Source: Tubiluchus corallicola
Lineage: Eukaryota > Animalia > Priapulida
Assembly: GCA_030141605.1 (NCBI GenBank)
Contig: JAQGDQ010001998.1
Coordinates: forward strand, 1 to 18,318
DNA: 18,318 nucleotides
Direction: 5' to 3'
The notes under the pieces are model-generated. The model searched no databases, was not told where the DNA came from, and saw only the letters and a list, made by a program, of their open reading frames with translations. Position 1 is the stretch's first letter. Every line of letters begins with the position of its first letter. Position numbers and translations under genes: made by a program. Shown piece by piece: positions 10,245 to 18,318 of this stretch.

Positions 10245-10810
10245 TTATAGAATCTCTTCACCACTTTAAAAAGAAATTAAAAGAATATCAATATAACAGG
10301 TTTCAACTTCCACATTGTGCATCTGATACTAATTACACAGACTCAACTTTCATCTACCCCCCCCCCTGACTCCATAAAACGATTAAAAATGAATTTTTTT
10401 TAAAAAAATTATGTAATGTAATACGTGTCATGTTAGTTTTGTAATGTCAAATGTATAAATAGTGTAAATGTAATGAGTGAAATTTATGTAATGTAAAGCA
10501 TGTTTCTGTTAATTGTGTCATGTTAAATGTATATATAGTGTAAAATATGTCATGTAAAGTTTAATGTATTTTTGTAAATTGTTTTGTAAAAATATTTTAA
10601 TATGGTGTTTGTAAATATGTTCATTTATTGTATATAATTAGGCCTTAGTTTTGCACTTTAGTTTTTTTAGTCTGCACTGGACGCATTTGTCTTGAACAGT
10701 GTTGTTATTTTAACATTACGCTGAGGCTTACTCAATTTTATTATAATGAGTGAACCATTTTAATGACAAATAAAAAATTAATATATATATATATTAATAC
10801 ATATATATAA
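10245..10810 (+). mobile_element. Degenerate 3' fragment of another CR1-group (L2/Crack/Daphne-like) LINE
   Basis: ESLHHFKKKLKEY in ORF 10187..10369 fits the SL..FKK.LK.Y terminus. It is followed by a long TGTA-rich UTR, a small stem-loop ACTCA...TGAGT (10730-10751), AATAAA (10769-10774) and an A/AT tail. No TSD seen. Confidence 0.55.
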
Positions 10811-11414
10811 TTAAATGTAGGAACGGATGTCCTTTATTTTCCCTTTATTCTTCCTATTCCCGTTCATCTAATACCTTCCTTGACGGTTACCCGACTCGCT
10901 CCCCTTGTCACGTACCTTCTCTTTCTTGGGAATCATTATTTCTTTCCCGTCCTGCCCCAATCCGTCTCTTTATTTGATTGCGTTTTTTCAGCTCGAATCG
11001 CAGTGCATTTCGGAGTTCGGTAGAGTTAAAAGTGTGGTTTCTTAACAATTCACTGCGCAGTTTGGCTTCATAACGAGTTTGGCTTCATTACGAGCAGAAC
11101 GGCTCTTAAATTCATGCAGTTTACAACCATTCTGAATTAACTCAGATGAATTATTGATATTGCCGTGCGCTCATTAGCAACTGAAGCCAAGCCGGTGGCT
11201 TGGAGCGCGCAAAACACAGACGTTTATTCATATATATACTAATTACGGTACAGTGGCTGAGTTTAGGTCTGCATCCAGCTGTGTGCCATCTTGGCTACGG
11301 ATTACCTGCAGAGATGCGGCGGATCACATGTTTCAGAGAGAAAAACTGAAAAAGTGCAACGCTTAAGAAAATAAAAGAGCTTGTCATTCGTCTAGTTTAG
11401 TCTCGAAGTCTAAA

Positions 11415-11616
11415 AGTCGTTTAGTCAAAGTTACGTAGTTTACAACCCAACTTTTAGTCCACCAAGTGACTATCAAAATCATTGTAAAAAGTAAATTTAG
11501 TTTTTCAGGGTGTCGGTCGAGTCGTTTAGTCAAAGTTACGTAGTCTACAACCCAACTTTTAGTCCACCAAGTGACTATCAAAAGCATTGTAAAAAGTGAA
11601 TTTAGTTTTTCAGGGT
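11415..11616. repeat. Near-tandem duplication, 105-bp period, 2 copies
   Basis: AGTCGTTTAGTCAAAGTTACGTAGT...TTTAGTTTTTCAGGGT at 11415-11511 and 11520-11616. It explains the repeated peptide in ORF 11384..11587. Confidence 0.92.
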
Positions 11617-11914
11617 CACCATACAGCTCCTATGCAGCCTGAAAATATCGAAAATTCGTCATTTTATCATTGACTTCAGCCATTTTGCTGCTTATATAAA
11701 GTTACTCTAGATACAGCTATTAAGCACGTTATTTTAATTCAGACGCCGAAGCTTAAAGTTGGGTTAATAAACAAAAATTTGATACGAATAGATATTCTAC
11801 ATTCGTTTGAATTGCAAGTCTTAAGAGAGGACTAATTTTCTTAAATGTTATTTAGAAAGTTTCGAGATTGTACACTGAATCCCAAGAGGTAAGAGAAGCC
11901 TGTCTACTGTACGA

Positions 11915-12320
11915 TGGGGGTGAGCATCGAACGTTGGAGTTCGATTCGAACGAGTTTTTTTAGTTCGAACTCGATTCGAATCCAAAACTATAGATTCGAA
12001 TAGTGAGCACTTCAATCACATACGTTCTTTATCACTAAAACGATTGAAACATCATGCAATTAGCATAATTTAGCAGTGATTTCTGTGCACAATTTTAAAC
12101 AAATTACTAGTCGTTTTATTGCAGAACAAAATCTAGTGATATGCATGATCTTTGTAAGACAATTTTTTGCTGGTGGTTCGAAAACTTGTTCGAAAATCTT
12201 TCAATCTCAATTCGAATTCGGTTCGAATTCGAAACACCGAAGTTCGGTTCGATTCGAATTCGAAAGTCACAAATTCGGTTCGATTCGAATTCGCTTTCTT
12301 GTAGAGAATGCTCACCCCTA
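11915..12320 (+). mobile_element. Non-autonomous hAT-type DNA transposon (MITE-like), copy A, 406 bp; strand is arbitrary
   Basis: TIR T(G)GGGGTGAGCAT...ATGCTCACCCCTA. The 8-bp flanks CTGTACGA (11907-11914) and CTGTGCGA (12321-12328) match 7/8. TTCGAA/TTCGA motifs are dense near both ends. An 8-bp TSD with TAGGG termini is characteristic of hAT elements. Confidence 0.9.
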
Positions 12321-12698
12321 CTGTGCGAGCAAGCTACCATTGTTAAATTCTGCAGTTCTGTTGTACGTGCAAGAACACACATTCCTACTGTCCGGGCAGC
12401 AACTTTAATGATGCATTCTGAACAATTTTTGCTCGCCTCGAACTTTTCTTCACACGTACATATTTTTTGTGTAAATACATAAGCATCTTAGCACAGCAGC
12501 AGCAGCAGCAACTAATGACCACAGACTCTTGTGGCTCACTAGAAAGCTCTAGGATTCGTCTTGGGTTCAGACGTTCTTGTCACATTCGCTACACATGAAT
12601 TTAACCATCAGTTTTAGTTTTAGATGCCAGACTATTGCTTAAAAACGCTTTCGGTTGCGTGAATTATAGCGACAGGTTTGGAGTCAGCTCCCACCCAC

Positions 12699-13009
12699 GG
12701 TGACAAAATGAAGGATCTATCAGGTCCCAAGGTTACAAACTAAAGGATCTGTCAGGTCCCAAGGTGACAAAATGAAGGATCTGTCAGGTCCCAAGGTTAC
12801 AAAATGAAGGATCTATCAGGTCCCAAGGTTACAAACTAAAGGATCTGTCAGGTCCCAAGGTTACAAAATGAAGGATCTGTCAGGTCCCAAGGTTACAAAA
12901 TGAATGATCTGTCAGGCCCCAAGGTTACAAAATGAAGGATCTGTCAGGTCCCAAGGTTACAAAATGAAGGATCTGTCAGGTCCCAAGGTTACAAAATAAA
13001 GGATCTGTC
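12699..13009. repeat. Minisatellite, 32-bp unit, ~9.7 copies
   Basis: Unit GGTTACAAAATGAAGGATCTGTCAGGTCCCAA, read directly. Confidence 0.97.
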
Positions 13010-13130
13010 TGATGAGTTCAGTCCAAAATTAGATTGGTCTGCATAATCTAAGAAAATTGCTATTGGTCTTTCTTTGAACGATGAAACGTATCAACTAACT
13101 AAACGTGAATTAAGATTCTGATTAGTGACT

Positions 13131-13884
13131 GACTTAGACCTGACGATCTTGACTTAGACCTGACGATCTTGACTTACACCTGACGATCTTGACTCACACC
13201 TGACGATCTTGACTCACACCTGACGATCTTGACTTAGACCTGACGATCTTGACTTACACCTGACGATCTTCACTCACACCTGACGATCTTGACTTACACC
13301 TGACGATCTTGACTCACACCTGACGATCTTGACTTATACCTGACGATCTTGACTTACACCTGACGATCTTGACTCACACCTGACGATCTTGACTCACACC
13401 TGACGATCTTGACTTACACCTGACGATCTTGACTCACGCCTGACGATCTTGACTTACACCTGACGATCTTGACTCACACCTGACGATCTTGACTCACACC
13501 TGACGATCTTGACTCACACCTGACGATCTTGACTTATACCTGACGATCTTGACTTACACCTGACGATCTTGACTTATACCTGACGATCTTGACTCACACC
13601 TGACGATCTTGACTTATACCTGACGATCTTGACTCACTCCTGACGATCTTGACTTAGACCTGACGATCTTGACTTACACCTGACGATCTTGACTCACCTG
13701 ACGATCTTGACTTAACTGACGATCTTGACTCACCTGACGATCTTGACTTATACCTGACGATCTTGACTTACACCTGACGATCTTGACTTACACCTGACGA
13801 TCTTGACTCACACCTGACGATCTTGACTCACACCTGACGATCTTGACTTACACCTGACGATCTTGACTTACACCTGACGATCTT
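13131..13884. repeat. Minisatellite, 20-bp unit, 38 copies (three are 18 bp)
   Basis: Unit GACT(T/C)A(C/G/T)ACCTGACGATCTT, read directly. Confidence 0.98.
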
Positions 13885-14115
13885 GCCTCAGTTTTGACAA
13901 AAGGTAGTGATCATTATTTCTACCTCTGCGGCAAATTTTATGTTTCCTCGCTTCTGCTGTTGGCTAATTTCTGACAACAACGACGATATTTCCTACTTCG
14001 TGGCAAATTTTGCTTTTTTCCAGCATTTGCTGAATCAGTGAGGTCCCTTGATGGCACTCTCTGCTCTCAACGTAATGGACTTCAGCCATGACCTGTTCCT
14101 AGCTGCGCAATAAAC

Positions 14116-14392
14116 CTTTCACAAACACCTTACATTAGAACAAGCCAGACTTTCACAGACACCTTACATTAGAACAAGCCAGACTTTCACAGACACCTTA
14201 CATTAGAACAAGCCAGACTTTCACAGACACCTTACATTAGAACAAGCCAGACTTTCACAGACACCTTACATTAGAACAAGCCAGACTTTCACAGACACCT
14301 TACATTAGAACAAGCCAGACTTTCACAGACACCTTACATTAGAACAAGCCAGACTTTCACAGACACCTTACATTAGAACAAGCCAGACTTTC
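14116..14392. repeat. Minisatellite, 34-bp unit, ~8 almost perfect copies
   Basis: Unit CTTTCACAGACACCTTACATTAGAACAAGCCAGA; only the first copy differs. Confidence 0.98.
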
Positions 14393-14652
14393 TGGCGTAT
14401 GATAACATTGATCGTAGAGTTAACGTGAGTTATACGCGCACTATTTAACGTCAATTTGCCTCATAAATTTTTTAATAAATCAACTTTATGAATATTTATA
14501 TATCCTAGCTTAGCAAGGATGACTACACCAACGATTAGTCTGATATGGCACGAAATCCAGCACGAGTATGTACAATGCTGTATAGCATGCTGTGAGGGTT
14601 AAAGCACTAGAAAACCCTCCAGTTACGTAAAGCTTAAAGAAATATTGCCTTT

Positions 14653-15049
14653 TTACTTGCAGGGCTTGCATCGGCAGTAACGCTGTATAAAACTTGTAAA
14701 CTCAAACTCCAGCGATGACCGCTAAGCGGACCCATTTTGATGGTAGGTCGTTTGAAACAAGTTTAGATAACATTGCGTGAAGTTTGAAAAAATAAACAGA
14801 GCATTCGTAGTGTACATGTTACCAACTAAGTAAACTTTTAAATTACTGTCTCTTATCAATAAGATTATTTTTGGTTAGTGAGTGGCGCACCCTGGAGGGT
14901 GAGTCAGCGACGTTTTACCACTTGATACGAACACTTTAAATTGTTTCTAGTTACATAAGTCTTTCCAGCAGATAAGCAAAATGCTAAGTAACATAGATTT
15001 GCACGGAAAGTTTTTTGTGGATCATAGTTTAACATTGTCTTTTCTTTCC
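14653..15049. repeat. Diverged dispersed repeat, copy 2 (direct homolog of ~8286-8717)
   Basis: Same collinear blocks as copy 1, without the 27-bp duplication. Boundaries are approximate. Confidence 0.85.
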
Positions 15050-15067
15050 CTGATTTACGTGGCGTAG

Positions 15068-15107
15068 TGACGTCATGTAATGGCGGCGTCGGAACAGCAT
15101 TGTGGGA
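15068..15107. promoter_or_regulatory. Promoter-like motif cluster: CRE, YY1-like and ZNF143/Staf-like sites
   Basis: TGACGTCA (15068-15075), AATGGCGGC (15079-15087) and GCATTGTGGGA (15097-15107; reverse complement TCCCACAATGC) sit in a CpG-rich 40-bp patch. No downstream exon identified. Confidence 0.35.
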
Positions 15108-15123
15108 GATTTAAAATGAAAAC

Positions 15124-15709
<586 letters not shown>

Positions 15710-16135
15710 GCTAATTGAAACAGAGTAAAAATAACTTAGAAACGATAATATATTTCAGTTTCTATTTAAGAGTTCTGAACTACGTTCTTACAGTTGCTTC
15801 AGTTGATGTAGGTCACAATGATTAATCTGTAGCTGCTAGGAAGGACAGTCGGGGTCTAGAAAAGTCTCAGAGCCACAATGATACCTTTGTAACCCGCTGC
15901 AAATTGCTGGAAACCACTTGAGAAAAGATTTGATTTCCGTTTTAACAGTTGCACACGAAGCCACCACAGTTCTGCGCGAAGCCAGATGCTAAAATGAAGG
16001 GACGTCGTGGCTTCCCGTTACGCACGTGTGAAAGATCTCATTAAAATTCGTAGCATTTTTTGAAGTGAAATATCTAATTGTTACACGAAGCAGGCAGTTA
16101 GCGACCATGCCATCTCTGAATGAATTAGTATACAG

Positions 16136-16556
16136 TAGGGGTGAGCATTCTCTACCAGAAAGCGAATTCGAATCGAACCGAATTTGTGACTTTCGAATTC
16201 GAATCGAACCGAACTTCAGTGTTTCGAATTCGAACCGAATTCGAATTGAGATCGAAAGATTTTCGAACAAGTTTTCGAACCACCAGCAAAAATTAGTCTT
16301 ACAAAGATCATGCATATCACTAGATTTTGTTCTGTTATAAAACGACTAGTAATTTATTTAAAATTGTGTGCAGAAATCACTGCTAAATTATGCTAATTGC
16401 ATGATGTTTCAATCGTTTTAGTGATCAGGAACATGTGTGATTGAAGTGCTGAATTATTCGAATCTATAGTTTTGGATTCGAATCGAGTTCGAACTAAAAA
16501 AACTCGTTCGAATTCGATTCGAACGTTCGAACTCGAAAGTTCGATGCTCACCCCTA
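16136..16556 (-). mobile_element. Non-autonomous hAT-type DNA transposon, copy B, 421 bp, inverted relative to copy A
   Basis: TAGGGGTGAGCAT...ATGCTCACCCCTA. The 8-bp flanks GTATACAG (16128-16135) and GTGTACAG (16557-16564) match 7/8. The interior is the reverse complement of 11915-12320 with ~15 extra bp near one end. Confidence 0.92.
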
Positions 16557-16985
16557 GTGTACAGTGGTGTTTGCAATTCTGTACGGTAATGCTTTTTTTC
16601 AACACCAGGGGGACTGACTTTACAGCAAGTCGTGTTTATGGGTTTCTGAACTTTGCGCCGGCGTATCTCTTTCAAAGAAAACTTTGGAACTTTTATAAAA
16701 AAACGATCTCTAATTTCGCCTCGCGTCTTGTTTACTTCATCGTCGGCTGTAGGGCGCCATAGAAGACGGTAATAATTATCACATTAAGTGCAACGTGGCA
16801 CGCTTAGAAAGTGCGAACTGACGCGCGGCAGGCGCGGCATTGACGTACGTCAACGAGGAATGCAGTTTCGCTTCTGATTTGCAGCTGTATCACAGAACGG
16901 GAGGTGCTCGTAATAAGAGTGCAGTTTTTATCCGCGAGCGTTAACACCAGGAGTAGGGGAGGCACCCGGAGTAAGGGCTTTGAAA

Positions 16986-17732
16986 CTGCCCATTGTATCA
17001 ACTAGCTAGGGTAGTTATGTTTGATAAATTAAATGAAATACTTCTGCCCCAAAACCTTAATATAGCTGCCTTAGGAAATAATGATCTGTTGAAGTTGTTA
17101 TTATTCGGTAAAGATGAATTTAACCATGTTACTAACTGTAAAATACTCCAATGTATACATGACTTTATATTACGTACTAAACGCTTCCAGTAGTTTCTAT
17201 CTGATATAAAATGCATCATTCTTAAATAATCGTACATTAATATTTACTAACCGTCATTTTTTACTAATGTCTAATGTAAAACTTTAGTATACTAAAGTAT
17301 ACTAAAAACTAAGTATAGTCTATTCTTACTGTAAATGTTACTAATGTCTAATGTATTCTTGTAGTAAAACTTGTCAGCTTGTGTAGTTGTAGTCTATTCT
17401 TACTGTAAATGTTACTAATGTCTAATGTAATCTTGTAGTAAAACTTGTCAGCTTGTGTAGTTATAGTCTATTCTTACTGTAAATGTTACTAATGTCTAAT
17501 GTAATCTTGTAGTAAAACTTGTCAGCTTGTGTAGTTGTAGTCTATTCTTACTGTAAATGTTACTAATGTCTAATGTAATCTTGTAGTAAAACTTGTCAGC
17601 TTGTGTAGCTATAGTCTATTCTTACTGTAAATGTTCTTGTAAATAGTGTATAAAGTCTGTTGTGGTGAGGATCCTAAATCATGTTGTACAAACTGTCTGA
17701 TCCAATCCTAAATAAATTATGTTTAAACTAAA
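16986..17732 (+). mobile_element. 5'-truncated CR1-type LINE, copy 2, 10-bp TSD, with a 74-bp array in its 3' UTR
   Basis: Encodes CPLYQLARVVMFDKLNEILL...LLFG...RTKRFQ*, almost identical to copy 1, and ends AATAAATTATGTTTAAACTAAA. GGCTTTGAAA flanks both sides (16976-16985 and 17733-17742). Confidence 0.92.
17316..17635. repeat. Tandem repeat, 74-bp unit, 4.3 copies, inside the CR1 3' UTR
   Basis: TAGTCTATTCTTACTGTAAATGTT occurs at 17316, 17390, 17464, 17538 and 17612. Confidence 0.96.
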
Positions 17733-18129
17733 GGCTTTGAAAGTAGTGCAGTGAGTAATGACCTATCTCAAAGGGTCAAAGACACTGGACATCGGACAGT
17801 TTCTTTATTGACATTCAACTCTTCCTAGATAGATGTGTACCTGCATTTTTATACAGTTGAATTTTTTAAGGGCCCGAGATAGGAGCCAACATGCATAAGA
17901 TTGAATAACTCAGAAATGGGGTAGATCGTGTCACAAAACTTTCATGATAGGCACTGGGTGTTGTGGTTCAGAAAATGATGTAGACAAAAACATAGGATAG
18001 GTTCGAAACAGGTAGCAAAATGTAAAATTAGGGTAAACGTCTTTGTCCCTCAAATCTTAACATTAAAATAATTCCAAAAGTTTAATCGTGGAGTCACGAA
18101 CTTTTATACTTCTTGGACAGACAGGAGTG

Positions 18130-18213
18130 ACCACATAGGTTCAGGTAGAGTCAAGTGATAATTAGTTCCGTAACCACATAGGTTCAGGTAGAGTCAAGTG
18201 ATAATTAGTTCGT
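18130..18213. repeat. Tandem duplication, 43-bp period, 2 copies
   Basis: ACCACATAGGTTCAGGTAGAGTCAAGTGATAATTAGTTC at 18130 and 18173. Confidence 0.93.
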
Positions 18214-18318
18214 GCCGCCGTGCACACTGTTTGTCACCCTTGAGCGAAATAATTTACAATTGTTGACATAAGTTAACCAAGCGCGACCAGGCATAGTCAG
18301 GTGTAAACACGTTTGTGG

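Noticed and set aside
10816-11252. Possible second solo LTR (TGTA...TACA, followed by GTGGCTGAG)
   Set aside because: No TSD, no PBS I can match to a tRNA, and the order of TATA and poly(A) signals is ambiguous.
12076-12482. Cluster of overlapping ORFs here and at 15989-16762
   Set aside because: They arise from stop-poor TTCGAA repeats in the two hAT copies and show no transposase motifs.
12564-12578. 15-bp match GGTTCAGACGTTCTT to the CR1 copy 1 junction (5702-5716)
   Set aside because: Homology does not extend on either side, and one such match in 18 kb is plausible by chance.
13003-13118. Possible hammerhead ribozyme: CTGATGA (13009-13015), stem GTTCA...TGAAC, then GATGAAAC
   Set aside because: GAAA does not directly follow stem II (3 extra bases), loop II would be ~54 nt, the candidate cleavage triplet ends in G, and stem I does not form.
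13131-13884. CRISPR-like regularity of the 20-bp array (also the 32-, 34- and 47-bp arrays)
   Set aside because: Units are head-to-tail with no unique spacers, there are no cas genes, and the context is eukaryotic.
16840-16853. Perfect 14-bp palindrome TTGACGTACGTCAA in a CpG-rich patch
   Set aside because: It is real but isolated; nothing else in the sequence supports a function.
16953-18120. Possible DNA-transposon relic starting TAGGGGAG and interrupted by CR1 copy 2
   Set aside because: No matching second terminus is visible in the window, so it cannot be delimited.

Overview
AT-rich, repeat-dense eukaryotic DNA, most likely from an invertebrate animal and probably intronic or intergenic. 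I find no intact host gene. The window is a mosaic of mobile-element relics: two inverted 3' copies of one CR1-type LINE (each with its own target-site duplication, TSD), two further CR1/L2-group 3' fragments, an I-group-like 3' fragment with a (TAA)53 tail, two inverted non-autonomous hAT elements with 8-bp TSDs, a probable solo LTR and a foldback-like inverted repeat with 47-bp internal arrays. It also holds six further minisatellite arrays, several microsatellites and a diverged ~0.4-kb duplicated segment. The best finding is a 510-bp, TSD-flanked, internally deleted RTE retroelement (9446-9956, minus strand) whose 5' end is a twister-ribozyme motif. The element starts exactly at the predicted U^A self-cleavage site. 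All family calls come from motif recognition by eye; no database search or folding program was run.
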